Positions 9,003 to 18,806 of a DNA stretch of 64,000 nucleotides are shown piece by piece (the stretch's first letter is position 1; each line of letters starts with the position of its first letter). Source of the stretch: Bacteroides sp. (GTDB taxonomy: Bacteria; Bacteroidota; Bacteroidia; Bacteroidales; UBA7960); NCBI GenBank assembly GCA_036351255.1, contig JAZBOS010000016.1:23715-87714 (forward strand), read 5' to 3'. The position numbers and the translations under genes are program-made. A model generated the notes under the pieces. The model saw only the letters and a list, made by a program, of their open reading frames with translations, was not told the origin of the DNA and did not search any database.

Positions 9003-9710
9003 ATGGAAGAATCGAATATAAAGATTTTGCTGGCCGAGGATGACCCCAACCTGGGAACCATCCTGAAGGCCTACCTGGAAGCCAAGGGGTTTCCCACACG
9101 CCTGTGCGTAAATGGTCAGGAAGCCTATGATGCTTTTCTGAAGGAGATGTTTCAGTTCTGCATCCTGGATGTGATGATGCCCATCAAGGATGGTTTTACA
9201 CTGGCGCGCGACATCCGGAAGATCGACAAAAAGATCCCCATTCTCTTCCTTACGGCCAAAGCCATGCAGGAAGACATTATTGAGGGGCTGAAGATCGGTG
9301 CCGATGATTACATCACCAAGCCTTTCAGCATGGAAGAGCTGCTGCTTCGCATCAATGCCATTTACCGGCGCACCAATCCAGAGCAGAGCGGCGACACCGA
9401 CAAGACGCTTTTCCAGGTGGGGAAATATGCCTTTGATTTCTCGCGCCAAACGTTAAAATATGAAGACCAAGAACAGAAGCTTACCTCAAAGGAAGCCCAG
9501 TTGTTAAAAATGCTCTGCGACCGCACCAATGATGTACTCGACCGTTCAGAGGCCCTTACCAAGATCTGGCTCGACGATAACTACTTCAATGCGCGAAGCA
9601 TGGACGTGTATATTGCCAAACTGCGTAAATACCTGAAGAACGATCCCGAGGTGGAGCTTATTAATGTGCATGGCAAAGGCTTCAAATTGGTGGTTAACCA
9701 GGAAAGCTAA
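9003..9710 (+). CDS. OmpR/PhoB-type response regulator
   Basis: Receiver domain (ILLAEDD, ILDVMMP, LTAK) plus a winged-helix C-terminus (LTSKEAQLL..L, VYIAKLRKYL). It starts 15 nt after the kinase. Confidence 0.9.
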   Translation: MEESNIKILLAEDDPNLGTILKAYLEAKGFPTRLCVNGQEAYDAFLKEMFQFCILDVMMPIKDGFTLARDIRKIDKKIPILFLTAKAMQEDIIEGLKIGADDYITKPFSMEELLLRINAIYRRTNPEQSGDTDKTLFQVGKYAFDFSRQTLKYEDQEQKLTSKEAQLLKMLCDRTNDVLDRSEALTKIWLDDNYFNARSMDVYIAKLRKYLKNDPEVELINVHGKGFKLVVNQES

Positions 9711-9834
9711 TCAACGGGCCTTTTCCTTTCAGGTTTTTCTCGGAAGTCTTTCGAGTCAATGACATTTTTCCTAAATTCGCTCAAAGAATGTTGACATTCT
9801 GGGGGCATTCCATGTTCCTGGCGGAAACAAACCC

Positions 9835-11097
9835 ATGGAAACTGAAAGGAAGATCTATTCGCTGAGCGACCTGGCCCGAAGCCTGCGTTCCGTCATTGAA
9901 CGCCACTATGCTTCCACCTATTGGGTCAAAGCTGAAGTAGCCAAGCTAAACCATTATCCCCGCAGTGGTCATTGCTATCCGGACCTGGTGGAGAAATCGG
10001 GCGAGCAGATCCTGGCACAGATGCGTGCCACGATTTGGGCAGGCGACTATAAAATCACCAATCAGAATTTTATCCGTGTCACCGGAGAACCCTTAAGCGA
10101 GGGGATGGCCATCTTGTTCCAGTCAAGTGTGACTTATCATCCCGTATACGGGCTTTCATTGCAGATCCACCAGATAGAACCATCATTCACACTGGGCCAA
10201 ATGGCTTTTGAAAAACAAAAGACCATAGAACGGCTGAAAGCAGAAGGCATCTTTGATCTGAACAAAAGTCTGGAGATGCCTCTGTTGCCACGGCGGCTGG
10301 CCATTGTATCAGTGGAAACGAGCAAGGGTTACCACGATTTTCTGAAGATTCTTTCGGGATACCGGAAACAATTCACCTTATGGCATCATCTCTTTCCTGC
10401 CCTGTTGCAAGGGGATAAGGCAGTTGAAAGCCTGACGGCTCAATTGCGCCAGATCAGAAAGAAGGCACACCTGTTCGACCTGGTGGCCATTATCCGTGGG
10501 GGCGGCGGCGATATCGGGCTCAGTTGCTATGATCATTACACCCTAACCCGTGAAATTGCCAATTTCCCCTTACCTGTCATCACAGGAATTGGGCACGCCA
10601 CCAATGAAACCATTGCCGAAATGGTTGCCTGGGAAAATAAGGTAACCCCAACCGATGTGGCGTATTTTGTTCTGGGGCGCTTTACTGCTTTTGACGACAG
10701 GGTGAGGGCCGCCCAGGGAGTCCTCACGGCCCGCTCACAAGAAACCCTTTCGGACGAAAACCAGCACCTGATGCGCCTTGGAGGAACCCTGCGCTCCTTC
10801 TCTGCGAAGATCCTTCAAAAAGACCAGTATATGCTGACTGCCTTATTGAACCGTCTGCAGACCGGCACAAAAAGGTTTGTTGAAAAAGAAACCCGTGAAC
10901 TGAGCCACCGCCAGGAAAGAATCAAGCTTTTGGATCCCGACCACATCCTGAAGCGGGGCTTTTCCATTACCCTGCTGAACGGCAAAAGCATAAAAAACGA
11001 GGAGGAAGTCAGGCCAGGCGATCTGATCGTTACACGCCTCTTTGAAGGAAGTATTGAAAGCCAGGTACAATTAAAGAAAAAAGACCATGACGGATAA
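9835..11097 (+). CDS. xseA: exodeoxyribonuclease VII large subunit
   Basis: N-terminal OB fold (YWVKAEV..L..H.SGHCY..L), a central GGGG motif (IIRGGGGD), and a coiled C-terminus. Confidence 0.9.
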   Translation: METERKIYSLSDLARSLRSVIERHYASTYWVKAEVAKLNHYPRSGHCYPDLVEKSGEQILAQMRATIWAGDYKITNQNFIRVTGEPLSEGMAILFQSSVTYHPVYGLSLQIHQIEPSFTLGQMAFEKQKTIERLKAEGIFDLNKSLEMPLLPRRLAIVSVETSKGYHDFLKILSGYRKQFTLWHHLFPALLQGDKAVESLTAQLRQIRKKAHLFDLVAIIRGGGGDIGLSCYDHYTLTREIANFPLPVITGIGHATNETIAEMVAWENKVTPTDVAYFVLGRFTAFDDRVRAAQGVLTARSQETLSDENQHLMRLGGTLRSFSAKILQKDQYMLTALLNRLQTGTKRFVEKETRELSHRQERIKLLDPDHILKRGFSITLLNGKSIKNEEEVRPGDLIVTRLFEGSIESQVQLKKKDHDG

Positions 11098-11293
11098 AAT
11101 CACCTATTCGCAGGCCATCGAAGAACTGGAGGCCATTGTAAGCGAGATTGAAAACGAAGACATTTCGGTGGATGAACTCTCGGAAAAAGTCAAGAGAGCC
11201 TCCCACCTTATCCAGATATGCAAGGATGCCCTGCATTCCACTGAAGAAGAGGTGAAACGGATCCTGGAAGAACTGAACCAGGAAAAGACCTGA
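11087..11293 (+). CDS. xseB: exodeoxyribonuclease VII small subunit
   Basis: 68-aa helical protein (YSQAIEELEAIVSEIENEDISVDEL). It overlaps the xseA end by 11 nt. Confidence 0.85.
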   Translation: MTDKITYSQAIEELEAIVSEIENEDISVDELSEKVKRASHLIQICKDALHSTEEEVKRILEELNQEKT

Positions 11294-11305
11294 CCCGGCT
11301 TGCGG

Positions 11306-13651
11306 TTATTCGTATTTTAAAGCCTCAGCAGGATTAGCGGTGGAAGCCCGCAGGGCGTGGTATCCGACGGTAATGACCATAATCAGCAAAGCCATTACTC
11401 CGGCATAAATCAGGGGCATCACACCCGGCTGAATATGATAAGCAAAGGTTGATAACCACTTCTCCGTAAAGAACAACACAAAAGGTGCCGCAATTACCAA
11501 TGCAACCAGCACCAGAACGAAGAACTCCTTCAGCATCATCATCGAGATGTTTCCGATGCCAGCCCCCAGCACCTTCCTGAGGGCAATCTCACGGGTACGC
11601 TGTTCAGCCGTGAACGACGCCAAGCCGAACAAGCCCAGGCAGGCAATGATAATGGCAAAACCTGCAAACAAAAGGATAATCTTACCGAATCTTTCCTCCT
11701 GCTGGTAGCTGCGGTTGAAATACTGCTGAACTGTATTGGCGTTAAAATTCCTCCCGGGCATAAATTCATTTCTGACCTGTTCCAGGTAATTCATCAGTCC
11801 AGGCAATTGGACACCCGTTGTTTTTACAAGCACATTAAAACAGCGATCTTCCCACCACACTATGACCAGTGGGCCAATGGGCTGTTGCAGAGAGTTAAAG
11901 TGAAAATCGCGCACCACCCCTATGACGGGCCGCCCGTCTATTTCCTTTCCTATGGCCTGCTGTGGGCTGTCGCCCAGTTCAAAAAAGTTAACAGAAGCCT
12001 CATTGATCACGATGGCATTCCTCTCTTCCGACCTTAATTGAGGGTCAAAAAGCCTTCCTTCCACGGGTTGAATATCCATCATCTCAAGGAATCCCGGATG
12101 AACAGGAAAATAAGTATATTGCTTGGTTTCCCCGAAAATTTGAGTGCTTTCCTGCCAGGTGATGCTCCCAAAGACGGCGCTGGAAAAGTTTACCTCCAGC
12201 ACCTCGGGGTGTTCCGCAAGGGCTGCCGCGAGTGCATCCTTGCGTTGGCCGGTTTCCATATCGATGGTGAAAAAAACGACATTTTCAGGATCAAAGCCCA
12301 GGGGTTTGTTCTTCATATAATTGATCTGCCTGAAAACCGTAATGGTGAAAGCAATCAGGGCAATGGAAACCATGAACTGGAAAACGATGAGCCCTTTCCT
12401 GAGAAAGGCGCCCTTTTTCCCGCGTGAGCGTTCGCCTTTCAGGGCAGCTACGGGCTGGAATGCGGTAAGATAAAAGGCCGGATAGATGCCCGACAAAAAC
12501 CCGATGGACAGGGTTGCAATCACCAGGATTAACAGGACCCCTAAGAAATTAAGGTCTGAGGTCCTGAAATGGGTATTAGCCAAAGCATTGAAGTTAGGCA
12601 GAAGGGCCTCAACGAGCACCATGGCAAAGATCAATGCAATGGCGGTGGTAATGACCGACTCCACCAAAAACTGGATAATCAGTTCCTTGCGCGTTCCCCC
12701 GAGGAGCTTGCGAACCCCAACTTCCTTCGAACGGTTGGCAGCACGAGCTGTGGCCATATTCACAAAATTGATGATGGCAATTACCAGCACAAACACCGCC
12801 AGTATCCCAAAGGCGTTGACCGTCCTGAGACTGCCATGCAGTATTGGAATTTCGTGAACGATATGATCGGAAAAATATATTTTTGAATACGGGAAGAGGG
12901 TAAATACCCGGTCGGTAGTCTCACCGGTCTGCTCAAAGTAATAGTTTCCGAGGACTTGGGTAATCTTTTCTTCGGCAGTCTTTACATCCGTATTGGGGTT
13001 CAGCTTGAAAAAAGTAAAATAATTCCATCCCCCAAATACATTGAGAATATCCGGATCTCCCGTTAGCTCTGCCAGGAAGTGGAAAGGGATAATGGCTGAG
13101 ATGGGGAAATGGCTGTATCTTACATCTTCCACGACACCAGTAACCTGTAACGTGAACTTGTTGCGGAAGCGAAGCGTCTCGCCCACCACATCTATCCTGC
13201 CAAAAATATTCATCGCCTGGGTTCTTGTCAAAACGATGGATTGCTCATTTATCAATGCCTTGGCTGGCAAACCAGCGATAAACTCCAAAGGGAAAAAATC
13301 GAAGAAAGTGCTGTCGGCCATAATCATATGGGGGATGACAAAGATCTTGTCGCCTACTGTTATGTCTGCATTTTGGCCAATGCGAATATCTACTCTGACA
13401 AATTGCTCCAGTTCTGGAATTCTCTCCTCGAGGTAGGGACCCATCATGGTGCCTGTTAATGACCAGGTTCCAGTCTCCAAACGGTAAATGGTTTCCCGTT
13501 CAGGATTCCAGCGATCATATAAATACTGATCTATAACATAAATGCTGACAAAACAAAAAACCGTGATACCAAGCCCAAACCCTGCTATATTAAGAAAACT
13601 GTAAAAACGTTGTTTCAGCAGTGCACGTATTCCGGTTTTGAATTGATCCAT
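11306..13651 (-). CDS. ABC transporter permease, MacB/FtsX family (two FtsX domains)
   Basis: N-terminal FKTGIRALLKQRFYSFLNIAGFGLG, internal and C-terminal FtsX 4-TM modules (KEVGVRKLLGG.., REIALRKVLGA..), and a large MacB-type periplasmic domain. The track start 13708 is also possible. Confidence 0.85.
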   Translation of the reverse strand: MDQFKTGIRALLKQRFYSFLNIAGFGLGITVFCFVSIYVIDQYLYDRWNPERETIYRLETGTWSLTGTMMGPYLEERIPELEQFVRVDIRIGQNADITVGDKIFVIPHMIMADSTFFDFFPLEFIAGLPAKALINEQSIVLTRTQAMNIFGRIDVVGETLRFRNKFTLQVTGVVEDVRYSHFPISAIIPFHFLAELTGDPDILNVFGGWNYFTFFKLNPNTDVKTAEEKITQVLGNYYFEQTGETTDRVFTLFPYSKIYFSDHIVHEIPILHGSLRTVNAFGILAVFVLVIAIINFVNMATARAANRSKEVGVRKLLGGTRKELIIQFLVESVITTAIALIFAMVLVEALLPNFNALANTHFRTSDLNFLGVLLILVIATLSIGFLSGIYPAFYLTAFQPVAALKGERSRGKKGAFLRKGLIVFQFMVSIALIAFTITVFRQINYMKNKPLGFDPENVVFFTIDMETGQRKDALAAALAEHPEVLEVNFSSAVFGSITWQESTQIFGETKQYTYFPVHPGFLEMMDIQPVEGRLFDPQLRSEERNAIVINEASVNFFELGDSPQQAIGKEIDGRPVIGVVRDFHFNSLQQPIGPLVIVWWEDRCFNVLVKTTGVQLPGLMNYLEQVRNEFMPGRNFNANTVQQYFNRSYQQEERFGKIILLFAGFAIIIACLGLFGLASFTAEQRTREIALRKVLGAGIGNISMMMLKEFFVLVLVALVIAAPFVLFFTEKWLSTFAYHIQPGVMPLIYAGVMALLIMVITVGYHALRASTANPAEALKYE

Positions 13652-13862
13652 ATTAAAAAGATTTTGCTCATCTAAACATTCAAAAACATGCCACAATCCT
13701 TTTATCACTGAAAATCAATCCAGTGAAAGAAAAATGGTTCTGAGACTTTTTGTTTCATTGTCCATAAAAGTACATCATCTGTCCGTATATGGACATTCAA
13801 ACGTTCCAATACCTGCAAAAATATGAAGCTTCAGGGCATTCTGTCCTAAAGGCGCAAAAATT

Positions 13863-14918
13863 ATGTATTTTTATTCCTTTAACGAAGACCTTATGCAAGA
13901 AAACGGCTTAATATCCTTGTTTGATTTGGGGAAACGGCCTCCGCTGCATTTCCATTTAAGGAAGGCCTGGAACCCTTCCTGGTTCCAGGGCAAAATGGCA
14001 AAGAAGAATTATTTTGAGGGCTGGTATCTGAAGTCGGTCAGTGCTGACGGCAAGCATTCCTGGGCTTTCATTCCGGGCATCTCGCTAAACGGGACCGACA
14101 GTCATTCCTTTGTACAGGTCATCAATGGCAAAACCAGCAAGACCTGGTATTTTCGATATCCCATTGAGGATTTTCAATTCTCGGTCAGGGAATTTTCTGT
14201 TGCCGTGGGGCCGAACCGCTTCTCCAGCAAGGGTATGCAGCTCGACCTGCAAAACGATACCGGATTTTTCAGGGGGAGACTTCAATTCGGGGCGTTTTCC
14301 CGCTTCCCGGTGTCTTTCAGGCGCCCGGGCATTATGGGATGGTATCGATATGTTCCCTTTATGGAGTGCTACCACGGCGTGGTGAGCCTCGATCACCGCG
14401 TTGATGGAAGAATTGAATACCCCGGAGGAGTCATACCACTTGACCAAGGAAGAGGTTATATCGAAAAAGACTGGGGGACATCAATGCCCGAAGCCTGGAT
14501 CTGGATGCAAACCAACCATTTTGAGACAGCCGGAACCTCATTCATGCTAAGCATAGCAAAAATTCCATGGATTGGAAAAGCCTTTCCCGGATTTCTTGGA
14601 TTTTTTCATCACCAGGGGCAATTATTCCCCTTTGCCACTTATACCGGGGCAAAGGTTGAAAAAATAGCCGAAAAGGGTCAACAGCTTTTGATCGAAATCA
14701 AAGCCCGGACCTTTCGGCTTAAGGTTGAGGCCTTGCTGGGCGAAAAAGGCTCGCTCAAAGCACCGGTTTCCGGAAATATGGAACGTATCATCCACGAAAG
14801 CATCGACGCCGGCATCCAGATCACGATTTACAACAAGCGCAATCAAATTTTGTTTTCAGGGCAAGGTATGCATGCAGGGCTCGAAATGGTAGGTGACCTC
14901 AGCCTCCTTTCCGAATAA
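13863..14918 (+). CDS. tocopherol cyclase-like family protein
   Basis: N-terminal YFEGWYLK..SWAFIPGIS resembles the FFEGWYF motif of tocopherol cyclase (VTE1/Pfam Tocopherol_cycl). No other motif recognised. Alternative start at 13893. Confidence 0.55.
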   Translation: MYFYSFNEDLMQENGLISLFDLGKRPPLHFHLRKAWNPSWFQGKMAKKNYFEGWYLKSVSADGKHSWAFIPGISLNGTDSHSFVQVINGKTSKTWYFRYPIEDFQFSVREFSVAVGPNRFSSKGMQLDLQNDTGFFRGRLQFGAFSRFPVSFRRPGIMGWYRYVPFMECYHGVVSLDHRVDGRIEYPGGVIPLDQGRGYIEKDWGTSMPEAWIWMQTNHFETAGTSFMLSIAKIPWIGKAFPGFLGFFHHQGQLFPFATYTGAKVEKIAEKGQQLLIEIKARTFRLKVEALLGEKGSLKAPVSGNMERIIHESIDAGIQITIYNKRNQILFSGQGMHAGLEMVGDLSLLSE

Positions 14919-14980
14919 AACCAACCTTTAGTGGCCTAAATAAATCCCAGTAAACAGTTGAATATCCCCCTGAGCTTTAC

Positions 14981-14988
14981 TATCTTTG
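14981..14988 (+). promoter_or_regulatory. -7 promoter box (TAtcTTTG) upstream of the suf cluster
   Basis: TAnnTTTG match about 104 nt upstream of the sufB ATG. Confidence 0.45.
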
Positions 14989-15091
14989 CAATCTAATTTA
15001 AATTAAATCTAAATAAGCCTAAAGGCTTCTCTCTGCAAGGGCATTAACTTTCAGGGAGTGTGAGTTCCGACCACAAAAAATGATCTTTTGA

Positions 15092-16540
15092 ATGGAAGAT
15101 AAAAACAACGATATTCTTGACGAGGTAACCGGTAGTGAATATAAGTATGGGTTCTACACGGATATTGAAATGGATCAGGCGCCCAGGGGGCTTACCGAAG
15201 AGACCATTCGTTTCATTTCAGCCAAAAAAAATGAACCTGAATTTATGCTCGATATCCGGCTCAAGGCGTTTCGCCACTGGAAAACGCTGAAAGAGCCGAA
15301 CTGGGCGCACGTGGAATATCCGCCCATTGATTACCAGGATATCATTTATTATGCAGCCCCGCGAAAAAAAGAACAGCTGCAAAGCCTGGATGAAGTAGAC
15401 CCCGATTTGCTAAAGACCTTTGAAAAACTAGGCATTCCCCTCGAGGAGCAAAAGATGCTTGCTGGGGTAGCCGTTGATGCGGTGATGGACAGTGTATCAG
15501 TAGCTACCACCTTCCGGTCCACCCTGGCAGAAAAGGGCATTATTTTTTGCTCTTTCAGCGAAGCCATCCGTGAATATCCTGAGCTGGTGAAGAAGTATAT
15601 GGGCACGGTGGTTCCCTACACCGACAATTTCTTTGCGGCACTCAACTCAGCGGTATTCAGCGACGGTTCTTTTGTTTACATTCCTAAGGGTGTACGGTGC
15701 CCCATGGAACTTTCGACCTATTTCCGCATCAATGCAGCCAATACCGGGCAGTTTGAACGTACCCTCATTGTGGCCGAAGAAGGCAGCTATGTGAGCTATA
15801 TGGAAGGCTGTACGGCCCCCATCCGCGACGAGAATCAGCTGCACGCCGCCATCGTGGAAATCATCGCCCACAAGGATGCCGAGGTCAAATATTCTACCGT
15901 ACAGAACTGGTGGCCAGGCAACAAGGACGGCAAGGGCGGGGTGTATAACTTTGTCACCAAACGAGGCATCTGTGAAGGCGAAAACTCAAAGATCAGCTGG
16001 ACACAAGTAGAGACCGGCTCAGCCATCACCTGGAAATATCCCAGCCTGATCCTGCGGGGCAATAACTCGTCAGGCGAGTTCTACTCGGTGGCTGTAACCA
16101 ACAACCACCAACAGGCCGATACCGGCACCAAGATGATCCACCTGGGGAAAAATACCCGCAGCACCATCATTAGCAAGGGCATCTCGGCCGGGCATAGCAA
16201 TAACAGCTACCGGGGCCTGGTGAAAACCACCCGGCGCGCCGAGAATGCACGTAACTTCTCACAGTGCGATTCCCTCTTGCTTGGGGATAAATGCGGAGCA
16301 CATACCTTCCCCTATATCGAGGTAGGCAACCGCTCTTCCATTGTCGAGCACGAAGCCACTACCAGCAAAATATCGGAAGACCAGCTGTTTTACTGCCTGC
16401 AACGCGGTATCGATATGGAGAGTGCCATTGGGCTCATTGTCAACGGCTATGCCAAGGAAGTGCTCAGCAAGCTGCCCATGGAGTTTGCCGTTGAAGCACA
16501 AAAATTGCTTTCTATCAGCCTCGAAGGAAGTGTTGGATAA
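15092..16540 (+). CDS. sufB: Fe-S cluster assembly protein SufB
   Basis: 482 aa with SufB hallmarks ([33 protein letters not shown]). Confidence 0.95.
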   Translation: MEDKNNDILDEVTGSEYKYGFYTDIEMDQAPRGLTEETIRFISAKKNEPEFMLDIRLKAFRHWKTLKEPNWAHVEYPPIDYQDIIYYAAPRKKEQLQSLDEVDPDLLKTFEKLGIPLEEQKMLAGVAVDAVMDSVSVATTFRSTLAEKGIIFCSFSEAIREYPELVKKYMGTVVPYTDNFFAALNSAVFSDGSFVYIPKGVRCPMELSTYFRINAANTGQFERTLIVAEEGSYVSYMEGCTAPIRDENQLHAAIVEIIAHKDAEVKYSTVQNWWPGNKDGKGGVYNFVTKRGICEGENSKISWTQVETGSAITWKYPSLILRGNNSSGEFYSVAVTNNHQQADTGTKMIHLGKNTRSTIISKGISAGHSNNSYRGLVKTTRRAENARNFSQCDSLLLGDKCGAHTFPYIEVGNRSSIVEHEATTSKISEDQLFYCLQRGIDMESAIGLIVNGYAKEVLSKLPMEFAVEAQKLLSISLEGSVG

Positions 16541-16573
16541 TTGATCTGAACCTTATTTTGAAAATAACCCACT

Positions 16574-17338
16574 ATGTTACATATTAAAGATTTATCCGTA
16601 TCCATTAATGGAAAAACAATCCTCGACGGATTTAACCTCGATGTGAACCCTGGTGAAGTACATGCCATTATGGGCCCCAACGGCACAGGCAAGAGTACGC
16701 TGGCCTCGGTCATTGCAGGTCGCGAAATGTTTGATGTCGATCGCGGCGAAATCACTTACCGCGGGAAAAACCTCTTTGAAATGGCACCCGAGATCAGGGC
16801 CCGCGAGGGGATATTTCTTGGCTTCCAGTATCCCGTGGAAATTCCGGGGGTCAGCATGGCCAATTTTATGCGCACCGCCCTCAACGAGAAACGCAAGTAC
16901 CTGGAACTGGAACCACTTAGCGGTGCGGAGTTCCTCAAGCTGATGGAAGAAAAGAAAAACCTCGTGGAGATTCATTCCAAGCTGACCAACCGTTCGGTAA
17001 ACGAAGGCTTCTCAGGCGGGGAAAAGAAAAAGAACGAAATCTTCCAGATGGCCTTGCTCGAACCCAGGCTGGCCATCCTCGATGAGACCGACTCTGGACT
17101 CGACATCGATGCCCTGAAGGTAGTGGCCAACGGGGTCAACAAGCTTCGCACCAGCGAAAATGCCACCATCGTCATCACCCACTATCAACGGCTGCTTGAT
17201 TATATCATTCCTGATTTTGTGCACGTACTTTTTGATGGACGTATTGTGAAAAGCGGCGGGAAGGAACTGGCCCTGGAGCTGGAAAGCAAAGGGTATGAGT
17301 GGGTCAAGAAGGAAGCCAGCGAAACCGCGGCCAGATAG
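16574..17338 (+). CDS. sufC: Fe-S cluster assembly ATPase SufC
   Basis: Walker [13 protein letters not shown] signature FSGGEKKK, Walker [13 protein letters not shown]. Confidence 0.95.
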   Translation: MLHIKDLSVSINGKTILDGFNLDVNPGEVHAIMGPNGTGKSTLASVIAGREMFDVDRGEITYRGKNLFEMAPEIRAREGIFLGFQYPVEIPGVSMANFMRTALNEKRKYLELEPLSGAEFLKLMEEKKNLVEIHSKLTNRSVNEGFSGGEKKKNEIFQMALLEPRLAILDETDSGLDIDALKVVANGVNKLRTSENATIVITHYQRLLDYIIPDFVHVLFDGRIVKSGGKELALELESKGYEWVKKEASETAAR

Positions 17339-17389
17339 AACATGCCCCGCGACCCACTGCGTTTTATTCACTAAATTACTCAGGAAACC

Positions 17390-18799
17390 ATGACTACCAG
17401 CATCAATACCCTGCCATTAAAGGAACGGCTGCTTTCGCTCTTCTACCAGCATCTGCCTTCCATCAAGGGCCAAGCCACTGCGGGAGTGAACCGCCTGCGG
17501 GAGGAGGGGCTGGCTGAATTCGAACGCCAGGGATTTCCACATCCCAAAATGGAAAACTGGCGTTTCTCGGATATTACTCCCCTGCTTGAAACAGACTTTG
17601 CTTTCGACTTCAGCAATCAAAGCCGCCCCTTTGAAATTGAAAAGATCTTTACCTGCGATGTCTACGACCTGGATACTTTCAGCGTAACCTTGCTTAATGG
17701 CTGGTTTGTATATAAAAACGCTCCGCTGACACGCCTGTCAAACGGCACAGTTATTGGCAGCCTGGCCAAGGCCATGGAGGTTTACCCCGAAATCATCGAC
17801 AAATACCTCGGCAAAGCCGCCCTCCCCGGAAAATCAGGGCTTACGGCACTGAATACCGCCTTTATCCAGGATGGTCTTTTTATTTATGTACCCGAGGGCG
17901 TAAAAGTGGAAAAGCCCATCCAGCTGATCAACATTGTCAATTCACCCACTCCTGTATTTTTGCAACCCCGGCATCTCACCATTGTTGAAAAGGGCGCAAA
18001 AGTTACCTTGGTACATTGTGACCACTCGCTGACCCATAACCCCAGCTTTACCAATACTGTTCTTGAAATATTCGCCCACCCTCAGGCCGAAGTAGACCAT
18101 TACAAGATCCAGAACAAGGGGAGGAATTCAGCGCTGTTTACTTCCACTTTTTTCCACCTGGAGAAGGAAAGCAAAGTCAACAGCAATATCATAACCCTGA
18201 ACGGAAGTTTCATACGCAACAATGTGGATGTGCTACTGAAGGAAGAGGAAGGGCATGCCGACCTGAATGGTTTATACCTGACGGACCGCAACCAGCACAT
18301 AGACAACCAGGTTTTCATTGACCACGCCTCGCCCAATTGCTTCAGCAACCAGTTGTATAAGGGCATCCTCGATGATCAGGCCCGGGCAATTTTCAGCGGG
18401 CGCATCCTGGTGGAGCGAGAGGCCCAGAAAACACTGGCCTATCAAAACAACAAGAACCTGCTGCTTACCGATGACGCCAAGGTAAACACCCAGCCCCACC
18501 TGGAGATTTATGCCGATGACGTAAAATGCAGCCACGGAGCCACCGTTGGACAGCTTGACCCGGATGCTATGTTTTACCTGCGTTCAAGAGGGATCGGCGA
18601 ACACGCCGCACGTCAATTGCTGATGCTGGCATTTGCCGATGAAGTGGTTCAGAAGATCTCCATTGAGCCCCTCCGGCAAAGGATAAGCAATATGGTTGAG
18701 AAACGCCTCAAGGGTGAGCTCTCCATCTGCGACCAGTGTGTGCTGCACTGCAGCGACAAGGGCCCGGCCACCTTTAACATTGACATGAGTAAAATCTGA
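17390..18799 (+). CDS. sufD: Fe-S cluster assembly protein SufD
   Basis: SufB/D beta-helix family, C-terminal region HGATVGQLDPDAMFYLRSRGI. Positioned between sufC and sufS. Carries an extra Cys-containing tail. Confidence 0.9.
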   Translation: MTTSINTLPLKERLLSLFYQHLPSIKGQATAGVNRLREEGLAEFERQGFPHPKMENWRFSDITPLLETDFAFDFSNQSRPFEIEKIFTCDVYDLDTFSVTLLNGWFVYKNAPLTRLSNGTVIGSLAKAMEVYPEIIDKYLGKAALPGKSGLTALNTAFIQDGLFIYVPEGVKVEKPIQLINIVNSPTPVFLQPRHLTIVEKGAKVTLVHCDHSLTHNPSFTNTVLEIFAHPQAEVDHYKIQNKGRNSALFTSTFFHLEKESKVNSNIITLNGSFIRNNVDVLLKEEEGHADLNGLYLTDRNQHIDNQVFIDHASPNCFSNQLYKGILDDQARAIFSGRILVEREAQKTLAYQNNKNLLLTDDAKVNTQPHLEIYADDVKCSHGATVGQLDPDAMFYLRSRGIGEHAARQLLMLAFADEVVQKISIEPLRQRISNMVEKRLKGELSICDQCVLHCSDKGPATFNIDMSKI

Positions 18800-18806
18800 G
18801 GTTTTT

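Noticed and set aside
14994-15005. 12-bp perfect palindrome TAATTTAAATTA just downstream of the suf promoter box (possible Fur/IscR-type operator)
   Set aside because: It is purely A/T in an AT-rich intergenic region and matches no Fur or IscR consensus I know. It could easily arise by chance.
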